From positions 1 to 58,576 of the forward strand of contig JAGCZO010000066.1 of NCBI GenBank assembly GCA_017959965.1: 58,576 nucleotides of DNA. The letters run 5' to 3'. The stretch is from Clostridia bacterium (lineage in GTDB: Bacteria > Bacillota > Clostridia > UBA1212). A model generated the notes under the pieces. That model had not been told where the DNA came from. It made no database searches and saw nothing but the letters and a program-made list of their open reading frames with translations. The position numbers and the translations under genes were made by a program. Positions within the stretch are counted from its first letter, which is position 1. Every line of letters starts with the position of its first letter. This document shows, piece by piece, positions 10,101-18,933 of this stretch.

Positions 10101-11391
10101 CTCTGGAGGAGCGGGGTCCGATCTGGGCAAGCGTCATAGAGTTCTGCTTGCCGATGTTAAGGGTGCGGTATCCGCTGTCAGGCTGCATCGCGACTCTGAC
10201 GGCAAACTTTGCCTTTGTCAGATCGTCCACGTAGCCCGTGTCAAAGTTAAAGGTTTCCGCGGCCACGAAATAGGAGACTTTTTCCGCCGCGTTTTCGGGC
10301 TCGAGAGCCGCGTTGGGTTTATTTGCCGTGGGCGCCAGAATGAGAGCCACCTCTTTGTTGTCGATGGTCACGGCCCAGTTGGCGTCGTATGTGTTTATAG
10401 TTACAAGCTCGCTTTCCTTCTGATAGTTTGGGGCCGCGTTGCAGCGGATCAGGTAGTATCCGCCTGCGGGGACAGTCACGTTGCCGAAGGAATACTCCGC
10501 GTAGCTCTCGGAATCCTTCGACTTGTAGTAAATGGAAAGACCGTTGAGATCGATGCTCTTGTCGGCGGTGTTGCAGAGCTCCACAAAGCTGTACTCGCAG
10601 ATACCGTCATTCTTTCCGCCGTTTCCGTAGACCTTTGAAATGACGATGCCTTCAAAAGCGTCGGCGCCGAGGTTCGGTACCTCGGGTTCTTCGGGTTCCA
10701 GAGTGTCGTACCAGCCCGCAAGATACCTGTTGAGCATGATCGAATCCCAGTCGGTGAATTCACCGTCGAAGTCCAGATCCAGATTTTCCTCAACAACTTC
10801 CACGTCCCATCCGGCAAGATAGCGCTCGGTAACGATGGCATCCCAGTCGGTCACTTCGCCGTCTCCGTCGGCATCGCCAATGACCTTGGAGACGACCGTA
10901 ACAGCGGCGGACGCTCCCTCGAAGGTCACCTTCGATCCGTTGAAGTTTCTGGCCTCAACGTGCTCCACAGATACTGTGTAGTCACCGGGCAGCGCGGTTC
11001 TTCTTACGTAGAACGTGATCTTGGCGATCTGTCCGTTGGCGGTGTTGTTGGCCGAAGCAAGAGGATCCGCCCATCTCAGCACGTAAGGCGACGTGATGGT
11101 GGTGGAAGGCGTAGTATATCCGGAAAGCAGTCCCAGATCCTCGACGCCTATCAGCTCCAGTCCGTCCGTGTCAAACGAGACGGTATTTCTCAGCGAAATG
11201 ATCCCGGGGTTGTTTTTCACAGCCACGAGCACTTCAACGGTACTGCCCGGGACGCAATTAACGCTGCTGACTTCATAACGGGGAGAAGTCGATGCGGCGA
11301 GAACGGGGTCCGCTGAAACCGTAAACAGTCCTGCCGGAAGAACCGACAGGGTCATAACCAAAGCAAGAACAAAAGCTAAAATCTTCTTCAT
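7114..11391 (-). CDS. Giant secreted multidomain protein: cohesin-like + dockerin-like + lamin-tail domain + CotH kinase-like + C-terminal RCC1-type repeats
   Basis: The ORF is 7114-11427. I placed the start at ATG 11389-11391 (MKKILAFVLALVMTLSVLPAG signal peptide), giving 1425 aa. Cohesin-like module: GSTVEVLVAVKNNPGIISLRNTVSFD...GQIAKITFYV...GDYTV. Dockerin-like pair: DADGDGEVTDWDAIVTERYLAGW / DLDFDGEFTDWDSIMLNRYLAGW. LTD: SKVYGNGGKN...SFVELCNT...DLNGLSIYY. CotH: LLIRNSGNDCAQTYIRD...VFFNGEFWGIYNVRERY. RCC1-like repeats: YGWGSNVNNILG, YGIGNNSYGQLGT, ILGDNSCGQ. Confidence 0.7.
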   Translation of the reverse strand: MKKILAFVLALVMTLSVLPAGLFTVSADPVLAASTSPRYEVSSVNCVPGSTVEVLVAVKNNPGIISLRNTVSFDTDGLELIGVEDLGLLSGYTTPSTTITSPYVLRWADPLASANNTANGQIAKITFYVRRTALPGDYTVSVEHVEARNFNGSKVTFEGASAAVTVVSKVIGDADGDGEVTDWDAIVTERYLAGWDVEVVEENLDLDFDGEFTDWDSIMLNRYLAGWYDTLEPEEPEVPNLGADAFEGIVISKVYGNGGKNDGICEYSFVELCNTADKSIDLNGLSIYYKSKDSESYAEYSFGNVTVPAGGYYLIRCNAAPNYQKESELVTINTYDANWAVTIDNKEVALILAPTANKPNAALEPENAAEKVSYFVAAETFNFDTGYVDDLTKAKFAVRVAMQPDSGYRTLNIGKQNSMTLAQIGPRSSRGENKITKCMLNEVRFDHDPGFYNASFRLALSAESGYKIYYTTDGTDPKTSNTRKLYSTTIVMEDTTRKGYGETTRYLAGKTGDSGYIPEVSNIIGGTVIKAYATDGTGETDVYTSTYFVSSAMAGYNTTVMSISLPKGVLCDSAGTTYGGEGGGFYTHYFPSTNDPNPRGMGVMEVFDGDGVRRGCSNVELSVSGHGSSGWHMKSLKIYFKGSNNETAGMDGKLYYDLFDGYARNCKGQRITDFARLLIRNSGNDCAQTYIRDVLMQRLSRTMNVETMAYTPALVFFNGEFWGIYNVRERYSGDYVQSHYGVAKDNVALIESDYSQVHTNTNADYVVTSGLDDDADPFNALVRWIDSHDMTVAANYNYVKDNIDLDSFIDMYIARIYFSARDWPENNIKVWRNRVGEEDRTRMDSKWHFVLLDMDFGLDFPNIDTGPTGNYLFWINSTGTPASRIMNSLIRNEDFKKYFLARYYQVVNEIYVPSVMEEELDKVLAERQNIFQLQVDRWSKDGASWSAYNSGVSAIRNFLRQRNNYAISQLCSYFGISEAYLKSISGNYIMADYLENRASVKVDGVSVSSGWSKKFDKSVTFSVTATAKEGFSVSAIIFTDYSGNSTRKAGTSASFTVTKSGTISLETKKDNIDTSSLKVHPGIVAAGYTLYYLDESGNLYGWGSNVNNILGAGSNVANVTSPRLVMTNVAVISVCKSNDYENNNYGMVTAAVLTLDGEIYSVGGSSQAAGRSGNLSTWGVVEYDGNPVDVKVGYDHMLVLDMNGDVYGIGNNSYGQLGTKNYKGVAETFQKIASGATMIAAGRRDSAYVNANGDCYILGDGRWCKYNDSVDNITTPYKLLTGVEYIESGEHGLVLVNEAGTAYYSGWRDIASFTQGSGSHGAQAILTGKSVSQASIMFSNMLMRTESGAVYVYGLDQGGGINGAVTDGSSKRLIASGVKQVAAGYGFSAFLMNNGTVRILGDNSCGQHANGGTAETSGYTTVTVG

Positions 11392-11445
11392 AATTGTTTT
11401 CCCCTGAATTCCGGAAATGTAAATCACGTTAACTCCCGTGTCTTA

Positions 11446-13158
11446 CTAGTTTATCTTCATCCATATCGCCGGACGGACGCCATATACCGAAGTAACGTCA
11501 TTCTGAACGGAATCATATTGTCCGTTGCTGTTTATCAGTGAACCGTCTGACTGAGTGTTGCCGGGTGTTCTGACCCAGTAGCTGCAATTTCCTTTGTATT
11601 CTCCGGTTTCAACCACGTCGAGGCCTTTGGCCGCTGCGTATTCTGTAGCCGTACACATTCTCGCAGAGTCATAAGCGTTGGGGTATGAAGAAAAACCGTA
11701 CAAATAGTTTGTCAACTCTTCGTAGCTGAGGATAAATACCTTGTCCCAAGTACCGTCTCCTCCGTCTGCCCCGGTCACAGGATTATCGTCATTATGCAGG
11801 GCCACCTCGCAGATCTTATCTCTCTCATAGGGAATGAACGAACGAATCAGGAAAACATCGTTTAGCCATGCGCGCAGGGAAGAAGAAGCCCAGGTGTTAT
11901 TATCTCCGTCTTCATCGTATGGCAGGGCATCGATAACATACTCCGACACCAAAAGCACTCTGTCCTTTTCAACAGCGACCACGCGCCACATCATTTCGCT
12001 TTTTCTATCTGAATCAGCATCCTGTCTGATTTGGCCAAAGACGTAATTATCGCCTCTCTGCAGCTTGAAAGAATCCTCACTGCGCCTGAGAGTTGCCGCA
12101 TCTGCGCATAACATCGGTCTCACGCCAATGCCGCCGTAATCCACGTCTGTTCCGCAGGTATCGATAAAACCGTACTCCGAGACCACTGAAGCCGCGCTGA
12201 GAGATTCACCGGGCAGGGATATCCACCACTGACAAACGTCGAGTATATCTCCGGAGTCCGCAGCTATGCACCCTCTTGCTCTTGCGTAAGTCGTCGCCGA
12301 ACACAGTCTTTCGTCGTCATAGCTGTCGGGATCCGTGCTGAAGCCGTAACCACTGTAGACCATATTATAGTATCCGGGAAGGTACACGTAATCCGTAACG
12401 ACTTCTTCTGAACCTGTCTCATAATCCGGATTCTTTTCGATATAATGATTAGTGGACTTTATCTGAGCTTTTTCACTGCTGCTGAAGGCGGAGTTGTAAA
12501 AATCGTTATTCAGCCAGCTTCGCAGAGTGGACGTCTTCCAGGTGACTCCCTTACTGACCGTGTTATAGGGCAGAGCATCGAGGGCATATTTTGAAATAAG
12601 CGTCGCCGTTCCGAAATCTACGCTGAGAACGATCCATTCGATTTCTTCGGTACCGTTTGAAATATTGTTATCCTGCTCGTAAGATCCCAGTATTACCACA
12701 TCGCCGGCTTTCAGTTCAGGCACAGGTGAGGGCGTTTCAAATCCTCCGGTCCCGGTTTCCGTTCCCGTCGTGTTAGGTTCCCAAGTCCACGGAGCTTCCG
12801 TTGCCGGCTCCCAAGTCCACGGAGCTTCCGTTGCCGGCTCCCAGGTGGAAAATGACGGTTCCGGAGGAAAATCGGTTTCAAGCCACGGGTCATCCGAAGG
12901 CAATTCCACGTTCCAGCCCGCAAGATAACGCTCAAGAAGAATGGCATCCCAGTCCGAAATATCACCATCCTCGTCTATATCAAGCTCCGAAAGATGAATA
13001 TCTACGTTCCAGCCCGCAAGCCAACGTTCGAGAAGAATGGCATCCCAGTCCGAGACCTCACCGTCTCTATCTGCATCACCGGCAGAAAAAACAGCTTCCC
13101 CCGCCAGCAAAGACAATACCAATGCAAAAGCAAGAAACACGCTGATGATCCTTTTCAT
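11446..13158 (-). CDS. Secreted protein: N-terminal dockerin-like pair + Pro/Thr/Trp linker + two DUF6273-like modules
   Basis: This is a 570-aa ORF with a signal peptide (MKRIISVFLAFALVLSLLAG). The dockerin-like pair is DADRDGEVSDWDAILLERWLAGW / DIDEDGDISDWDAILLERYLAGW. Two modules follow: VVILGSYEQDNN...IEWIVL... and YVFGQIRQDA...MMWRVVAV.... A GGGAGGAA SD lies upstream, and the gene ends 54 nt before the giant gene. Confidence 0.7.
   Translation of the reverse strand: MKRIISVFLAFALVLSLLAGEAVFSAGDADRDGEVSDWDAILLERWLAGWNVDIHLSELDIDEDGDISDWDAILLERYLAGWNVELPSDDPWLETDFPPEPSFSTWEPATEAPWTWEPATEAPWTWEPNTTGTETGTGGFETPSPVPELKAGDVVILGSYEQDNNISNGTEEIEWIVLSVDFGTATLISKYALDALPYNTVSKGVTWKTSTLRSWLNNDFYNSAFSSSEKAQIKSTNHYIEKNPDYETGSEEVVTDYVYLPGYYNMVYSGYGFSTDPDSYDDERLCSATTYARARGCIAADSGDILDVCQWWISLPGESLSAASVVSEYGFIDTCGTDVDYGGIGVRPMLCADAATLRRSEDSFKLQRGDNYVFGQIRQDADSDRKSEMMWRVVAVEKDRVLLVSEYVIDALPYDEDGDNNTWASSSLRAWLNDVFLIRSFIPYERDKICEVALHNDDNPVTGADGGDGTWDKVFILSYEELTNYLYGFSSYPNAYDSARMCTATEYAAAKGLDVVETGEYKGNCSYWVRTPGNTQSDGSLINSNGQYDSVQNDVTSVYGVRPAIWMKIN
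12781..12840. repeat. Perfect 2 x 30-bp tandem duplication inside CDS 11446-13158
   Basis: The sequence ccaagtccacggagcttccgttgccggctc occurs at 12781-12810 and again, identically, at 12811-12840. It encodes WEPATEAPWT twice. Degenerate related copies flank it. Confidence 0.95.
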
Positions 13159-13227
13159 GTATAACGTTCCTCCCTTGATGAGTCATTTAGCATAGCACGC
13201 GCAAAAAAATAAATAATAAGCAAGTGT

Positions 13228-13256
13228 ATTTTATCAGCATAGCCGGATACAGTCAA
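13228..13256 (-). promoter_or_regulatory. Sigma-70-type promoter (extended -10) for the dockerin/CotH two-gene unit
   Basis: The minus strand reads TTGACT (13251-13256), a 17-nt spacer ending in TGA, then TAAAAT (13228-13233). Confidence 0.5.
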
Positions 13257-13280
13257 CAAAAACGAAAAAAAGCGGCTGTT

Positions 13281-13320
13281 AAGAAAAAACGGAACGCCGC
13301 GGCAAAAAGGCATTCCGTTT
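13281..13320 (-). terminator. Rho-independent terminator after the P-type ATPase gene
   Basis: On the minus strand the stem aacggaa / ttccgtt (13313-13319 / 13288-13294) is followed by TTTTTTCTT. Confidence 0.6.
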
Positions 13321-13342
13321 CCACTTGATCGATTTTTACGGG

Positions 13343-16108
13343 TCAACTACCGATCCTTATTTTTGTTTTCCCCCGGGCGATGGCCCTCTGTATCAGTTTC
13401 ACAAGCTCTACGAGAGGGATCATGAGCACCGCAAGCCCCATGGCTATCAGGTATTCGGTGAACTCAAAGCCTGCGGTCAATCCGAAGCCGAACCATGTGT
13501 TGACTACCGGAACAAAAACCACCGCCGTGGTCAGCACGAAGCTGAGAGCCGCGGCTCCGAAGAGCATCAGATTGGCTGTTTTCATTTTGAAAATACTGCC
13601 CCTCTGGCTTCTCATGTTGATGCTGTGGAATATCTCCGCCATGCTCATCGTGATGAACGCCATGGTCATGCCGTCGACGCAGTCTTTGAACAGCGCTGTC
13701 GACGCGGCGGGATCTCTCACGGACTCGAACACCCAACCAAGGTATGTTCCCAAGTTGGCAAAGCTCAGCGCAAGGTTTTGTTCCACTGTCCAGGCGATGA
13801 ACTCGCCGATGAAGAAGGAAAGAAGGGTCAGTACGGTGACCAGTATACCCTGGTAAGCAATGTCGATCCCCACGCCGCCGGAGAATATTCCGCTCTTTGA
13901 GGACCTGGGCTGCTTTTCCATGATCCTTGCCTCAGCGGGCTCAACGCCAAGCGCCAGCGCGGGGAAGCAGTCCGTGATAAGGTTGATCCAGAGCAGGTGC
14001 ACCGGCTTCAGCACGGTGAAGCCAAGCAATGTGGCAGTGAATACCGTCAGCACCTCCGCCATATTGGAGGAAAGCAGGAACTGGATCGCTTTACGGATGT
14101 TGTCGTAGATCCTTCTGCCTTCGGCCACAGCTCCCACGATGGTGGCAAAGTTGTCGTCCGCAAGCACCATATCGGCAACGTTCTTCGTAACGTCGGTCCC
14201 TGTGATACCCATTCCGACGCCGATGTCCGCGTTCTTGATGCTGGGGGCGTCATTGACGCCGTCGCCTGTCATGGCGGTGACGTAGCCTTTGGTTTTCCAG
14301 GCGTTCACTATCCTGACCTTGTGCTCCGGCTGGACCCTGGCGTAGACTCTGTACTGTTCAATAGTCTCCGCAAGCTCCTCATCGGAAATATCGTCAAGGG
14401 CAGAGCCTGAGATGGCCTTGTCGTTTTCGCCTAAAATACCAAGTTCTTTGGCAATAGCCACAGCCGTGTCCAGATGGTCGCCGGTGATCATGACAGTCCT
14501 GATGCCGGCGCTCTTGCATTCTTTCACCGCGTCCACGACCTCAGGTCTCACGGGGTCGATCATACCGGTGAGTCCGAGGAAAACAAGGTCTTTCTCGAGC
14601 GCCTCCGCGTCAAGGTCTCCGGGAACGGAATCGTAGAATTTTTCCGCCGCCGCCAATACTCTCAGCGCCTTGTCGGCCATTTCCTTGTTGTCCTTAAGGA
14701 TCTGAGCTCTTTTGGCGTCGGTCATGGGAACCGCGCTGCCGTTGTCGAGATAGTAAGCGCATCTTGAGAGGACGATGTCGGGAGCGCCCTTCGTGAACTG
14801 GACGACCTTCCCTTCATGCTCATGCACGGTGGACATCATCTTGCGCATACTGTCAAAAGGCGCCTCGCCCACCCTGACGTATTCCTTGGCAAGCTCGTAT
14901 TTGGGTTTGCCAAGCTTGTATGCGTAATTGACTAAAGCATTTTCCGTGGGTTCGCCCACAGCCGTATTGTTCTCGTCAAGGGTGGAGTCGCTGCAGCAGG
15001 CCATTGCGACAGCGGTCAGCAGCTCATCCGCGCCTCTGTGCTCAACGACCGTCATTTTATTCTGGGTGAGGGTCCCGGTCTTATCGCTGCAGATGATCTG
15101 AGCGCAGCCGAGGGTCTCCACCGCCGTAAGCTTTCTTATAATTGCATTCCGCTTGGACATATTTGTGACGCCAATGGAGAGCACCACGGTGACCACCGCG
15201 GCAAGGCCTTCGGGGATCGCCGCCACCGCAAGACTTATGGCCGTCATAAACGTGGCAAGCACGGTATCGAGTTTGACCGATCCGTCCGTTATCCAGGCTC
15301 TCGCGACTCCGAAGCCGAATATCACGACGCAGATGGCAAGGACCAGTATGCTTAGTATTTTGCTCAGCTGACCCAGTTTTTTCTGAAGAGGCGTATCGCC
15401 CTCGGACGTCTTAGCGAGAACGTCCGCGATCTTGCCCATTTCGGTGTTCATTCCGGTGCCGACGATGACGGCTCTGCCTCTTCCGTAGGAGACGGAGGAG
15501 CCCATGTAGATCATGTTCTTTCTGTCGCCCAGAGGCACGTCCTTGCCGCCAACAGCCTGCAGAGGTTCGGTCTGCTTGGTCACAGGCACGCTCTCACCCG
15601 TGAGAGCCGCCTCCTCGATCTTAAGACTGTGGCACTCAATGAGCCTTCCGTCGGCGGGGACCTGATCACCCGCTTCAAGCTCCACCACGTCGCCGGGGAC
15701 AAGCTCCTCACTGTGGACTATCTTTACGACGCCGTCCCTTCTCACCTTGCTCGTGGCGGCTGACATCTCCTGGAGCGCCTCGATGGCTTTTTCCGCTTTG
15801 TTCTCCTGATAGACTCCCAGGATCGCGTTGATTATGACCACCGTCATTATAATGATAACGTCCGCGAAGCCTTCCTTATTGATTATAGCGGTGACAAGGG
15901 AAACAGCCGCGGCCGCGATCAAAACAAGTATCATCGGGTCCGCCATCTGCTTGAAAAACCTGACGATCAGAGGAACCTTTTTCTTTTCCGCAAGCTTGTT
16001 CTTCCCGTATTGGGCAAGTCTCGCTCCGGCTTCCTCCCCGGTCAGTCCCTCCGCCGAGCCGGCAACCTCGGCAAGGACGTCTTCGACAGAATCGGAATAA
16101 TATTTCAT
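13343..16108 (-). CDS. Cation-translocating P-type ATPase, Ca2+ (PMCA/SERCA-like, type IIA/B)
   Basis: The ORF is 13343-16165. I placed the start at ATG 16106-16108 (MKYYSDSVEDVL) with an AAGGAAGGA SD. Motifs present are LTGESVPV, CSDKTGTLTQN and TGDGVNDAPS, with about 10 TM segments. Confidence 0.9.
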   Translation of the reverse strand: MKYYSDSVEDVLAEVAGSAEGLTGEEAGARLAQYGKNKLAEKKKVPLIVRFFKQMADPMILVLIAAAAVSLVTAIINKEGFADVIIIMTVVIINAILGVYQENKAEKAIEALQEMSAATSKVRRDGVVKIVHSEELVPGDVVELEAGDQVPADGRLIECHSLKIEEAALTGESVPVTKQTEPLQAVGGKDVPLGDRKNMIYMGSSVSYGRGRAVIVGTGMNTEMGKIADVLAKTSEGDTPLQKKLGQLSKILSILVLAICVVIFGFGVARAWITDGSVKLDTVLATFMTAISLAVAAIPEGLAAVVTVVLSIGVTNMSKRNAIIRKLTAVETLGCAQIICSDKTGTLTQNKMTVVEHRGADELLTAVAMACCSDSTLDENNTAVGEPTENALVNYAYKLGKPKYELAKEYVRVGEAPFDSMRKMMSTVHEHEGKVVQFTKGAPDIVLSRCAYYLDNGSAVPMTDAKRAQILKDNKEMADKALRVLAAAEKFYDSVPGDLDAEALEKDLVFLGLTGMIDPVRPEVVDAVKECKSAGIRTVMITGDHLDTAVAIAKELGILGENDKAISGSALDDISDEELAETIEQYRVYARVQPEHKVRIVNAWKTKGYVTAMTGDGVNDAPSIKNADIGVGMGITGTDVTKNVADMVLADDNFATIVGAVAEGRRIYDNIRKAIQFLLSSNMAEVLTVFTATLLGFTVLKPVHLLWINLITDCFPALALGVEPAEARIMEKQPRSSKSGIFSGGVGIDIAYQGILVTVLTLLSFFIGEFIAWTVEQNLALSFANLGTYLGWVFESVRDPAASTALFKDCVDGMTMAFITMSMAEIFHSINMRSQRGSIFKMKTANLMLFGAAALSFVLTTAVVFVPVVNTWFGFGLTAGFEFTEYLIAMGLAVLMIPLVELVKLIQRAIARGKTKIRIGS

Positions 16109-16461
16109 ATTTTTCCTTCCTTTAGTTCGAATAGTGGATCGTCCGCAACTGAACAGACAAATCAATTTTGCAAAATCTTTAAACTTTTTTCAATCTTTTT
16201 TCCCGGTTTAAGGCTAATTCAATTTTTAACGATTTTCCGGCGCGTTCAGCGCATTTATTCCCATTCACATCTGCTTCGGCAGGTCTTTTTTTGCGGAAAA
16301 CCGCCGTCAATTCCCATTTTCTGCTTTAATAACGACTTTTTAACGGTTTTGGGCCTGGCTGCCCCGTAAGAAGGCTCTCTTTTGGCCGAAATTCTTATTT
16401 TTTCGCATTTTTGCGGTAAAACCAACAAGAAATCACTGAAAGGCTGATCTGCCCGCGGGGG

Positions 16462-18729
16462 TCATTGGCGGTCAAAATCAAATACCGCCCTGTCTCCGTC
16501 CAGCTTCAGGTACGCGTCAAACAGATTGCCGGTCTTGCTTCTGAACCCTTTTATCTTCGAGGTCCTGCCCTGCTCAAGCAGAAGCTTCACGTTGGCAGCG
16601 GAGACCGGCCTGCCGCAGATAATGAGCCTTACCGAAAACTTGCATCCGGAGGAGGAATAGTTAGAGCAGCCGTACCCGAAGAAGGTCCTCACCACGTCGC
16701 CTCCGCAAAGGGGGCACTTTCCAACCTTATCGCCGACGGTGCCGAAGTTCGTGTCCTCCTCGGCAGGCTCCGTCACGCCCCGTTTTTCAAACACCTCCGC
16801 CACTTCTTTTTTAGCCTCGTCAAGCCCCTGAGCGATGCCCGTCTTTCCCCGGAATATCTGCTTCAGAGTCCTGCCAAGCTCGGAAGTTCTGTGTTTGTCC
16901 ATTGAAATATGCATGCCGCCAATGGCCTCGATAAGGAATTCACCGTCCGGCAGTATGGTGTAGACGTCTTTTTTGAGCTGGATGTATTTGCTTTTGATGG
17001 CGTTGTCAATGATCCCGGTGCGGGTGGCCTCGGTGCCGAGTTCAAGCCCTTCAAGGATCATTCTGTATTCCTCGGCGTCGTCCTCTCCGTAGCCTCCGTC
17101 ACCGCTTTCGTCACCGTCGGAGGGCTGCTCGTCCTCCCCTTCGGAAGCCACGGCCGCGGCAGAAGCCGCATCCTTATCTCCTTTATCCCCGTCGGCCTTC
17201 TTTTTCGCGGCAAGGGCCTTTTCCTCCCTGAACGGATTCTTCAGGTAGTTATTCAGGGTCTCGATAGTGTAATGCTTCGGCGGCGTCGTCTCCTTTTCGA
17301 CAGGTTTGAAATTAATGTTTACCTCGTCGCCCTTCTCAAGCGGCGGAAGGATCTTGTCCGAAACGCCTCCGTCGTCGTATTTCATGAAGCCTTTCTGCTT
17401 CACAACGGTCCCCTTCAGCACGAATTCCTCAAGCTCGCCCACTTTCACGGTGATCTCCGTCTTCTCGGCAAGGCAGGGCTCCGCGCAGAACACCGCCGCG
17501 AACCTCCTCATAACGGTGGAATAAACGATGAGCTCTTCCTCCGTAAGCTTCGACTTGTCGGGAATTATATATGTGGGCGTTATGGCCGAGTGGGATTCGA
17601 TCTTGGAGTCGTCAAATATGGTCTTATCGTCCCGGAATTTGACGTTATATCCAAGCTTTGCCACCACGCCGATGACTTTTTTTATCTTGTCCTTTTCCGC
17701 GGAGGCAAGATATTCGGAATTGGTCCTGGGATAGGTCAGATATCCTGCCTCGTACAGCTTCTGTACCGTGGCAAGGCTCTTCTCCATGGGCATTTTGTAT
17801 TTCTTGCCAAGGACGTTCTGCAGTTTCGACAGGGAATAGAGCTTCCCGGGCTTCACTGTCTCGTTTTTGGTCTTTTTGTCGGTGACCAGCGCCTTTTCTC
17901 TGTTATACTTTTCACAGGTGGAGAGAGCGCTGTATTCGCCTCTGCCTTCCCTGTCGCCCTCAAATCTGAGCTTGCTCACAAGCTGGACCTTGCAGCCCTT
18001 CGTCTCCTCCTCGGAGGCTATGCCGAAATACTTTTCGGGCTTAAAATACCTGATGGCCATATCTCTGTCGTATATAGCCTTCACTATCGGAACGATGACC
18101 CTTCCGACCCTGAGAAGCCTGCCGGTCCTTATAGTGGCGTACCTGGTCAGGTTCACGCCGTAGAGCCAGTCGATGTAGGTGCGGGCAAACCCTTCATTGG
18201 CAAGATTTTCATATTCCCTCTCGTCCTTAAGGTCCGCAAGCGCCGCCTTTACGGTCTCCGGCGTCTGGTCCGGGAGCCAAAGTCTTTTCAGCGCCTTGCC
18301 GGAATTCTCCGCGTTTTCCCTGCCGCCAAAGGAGTTCAGCACGCAAAGCCGCACGATTATCTCGCCTTCCCGGTCGGCGTCGCCCGCATTCACTATCGTG
18401 TCCACGTCGTCTCTGAGGCAAAGGGATTTGATCACGTTGAACTGGTTCCTGACGCCGTCATCCGGCTTTCCGCTGTCGTCCTTTCTGAGCTTGAATTTAA
18501 ACTTTTCCGGAAAACAGGGGAGATTGTCCAGGGTCCACCTTGCCTTTTCGCCCTCTGCGAGGGGCGCGGAGCCGTAATCCTCAACGTCGCAAAGAGAAAA
18601 CAGATGACCGAAGGCCCAGGTCACTATGTACCCTCCGCCTTCGAAATATCCGTTTCGTCTGGTCATATTTCCGATACCGGCATTGATATTTCTCGCAAGG
18701 CTCGGTTTTTCGGCGATTATGAGTATCAT
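16462..18729 (-). CDS. topB: DNA topoisomerase III with C-terminal zinc ribbons
   Basis: The ORF is 16462-18822. I placed the start at ATG 18727-18729 (MILIIAEKPSLARNI, Toprim) with a GAAGGGGA SD. The active-site region is LTYPRTNSEYL. The C-terminus has CPLCGGDVV...GCSNYSSSGCKF. Confidence 0.9.
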   Translation of the reverse strand: MILIIAEKPSLARNINAGIGNMTRRNGYFEGGGYIVTWAFGHLFSLCDVEDYGSAPLAEGEKARWTLDNLPCFPEKFKFKLRKDDSGKPDDGVRNQFNVIKSLCLRDDVDTIVNAGDADREGEIIVRLCVLNSFGGRENAENSGKALKRLWLPDQTPETVKAALADLKDEREYENLANEGFARTYIDWLYGVNLTRYATIRTGRLLRVGRVIVPIVKAIYDRDMAIRYFKPEKYFGIASEEETKGCKVQLVSKLRFEGDREGRGEYSALSTCEKYNREKALVTDKKTKNETVKPGKLYSLSKLQNVLGKKYKMPMEKSLATVQKLYEAGYLTYPRTNSEYLASAEKDKIKKVIGVVAKLGYNVKFRDDKTIFDDSKIESHSAITPTYIIPDKSKLTEEELIVYSTVMRRFAAVFCAEPCLAEKTEITVKVGELEEFVLKGTVVKQKGFMKYDDGGVSDKILPPLEKGDEVNINFKPVEKETTPPKHYTIETLNNYLKNPFREEKALAAKKKADGDKGDKDAASAAAVASEGEDEQPSDGDESGDGGYGEDDAEEYRMILEGLELGTEATRTGIIDNAIKSKYIQLKKDVYTILPDGEFLIEAIGGMHISMDKHRTSELGRTLKQIFRGKTGIAQGLDEAKKEVAEVFEKRGVTEPAEEDTNFGTVGDKVGKCPLCGGDVVRTFFGYGCSNYSSSGCKFSVRLIICGRPVSAANVKLLLEQGRTSKIKGFRSKTGNLFDAYLKLDGDRAVFDFDRQ

Positions 18730-18862
18730 GAATTCCCCTTCGGAAACAAGGCTTTCGCAGAGCTTTGATCTTTCACACCCGGCGCGGGCGTATTCTAACG
18801 CCAAACCCCAAGCGGGCGCCATTTAATGTCACGTGCAAAGCGCAGCTTAATATCACACGCAA

Positions 18863-18889
18863 GGCGGGCGTATCATTAACGCGCCCGCC
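18863..18889 (-). terminator. GC-rich hairpin after the SPFH gene (weak U-tract)
   Basis: The stem is 8 bp, ggcgggcg (18863-18870) / cgcccgcc (18882-18889). On the minus strand TTGCGTGTG follows it. Confidence 0.35.
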
Positions 18890-18933
18890 CCGCTGCTTAT
18901 TTGGGCCGGAAGGCCCGGATCATTTTAGTTCGA

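Noticed and set aside
16462-18729. topB as a marker of an integrative or conjugative element.
   Set aside because: No integrase, relaxase, T4SS, plasmid-partition or repeat-boundary features flank it. The neighbours are a P-type ATPase gene and the nfeD-SPFH operon.
16909-18768. A 619-aa plus-strand ORF, one of many long ORFs lying antisense to real genes. Others include 41228-42673, 48276-49583, 38070-39296, 44828-46006, 18901-20256, 28721-29842, 2774-3772 and 53019-54128.
   Set aside because: Each lies opposite a gene with unmistakable conserved motifs (topB, GH38, tkt, fhs, M42 and so on). Their translations are Arg/Gly/Val/His-rich low-information sequence with no SD sites. Long antisense ORFs are expected in GC-rich coding DNA.
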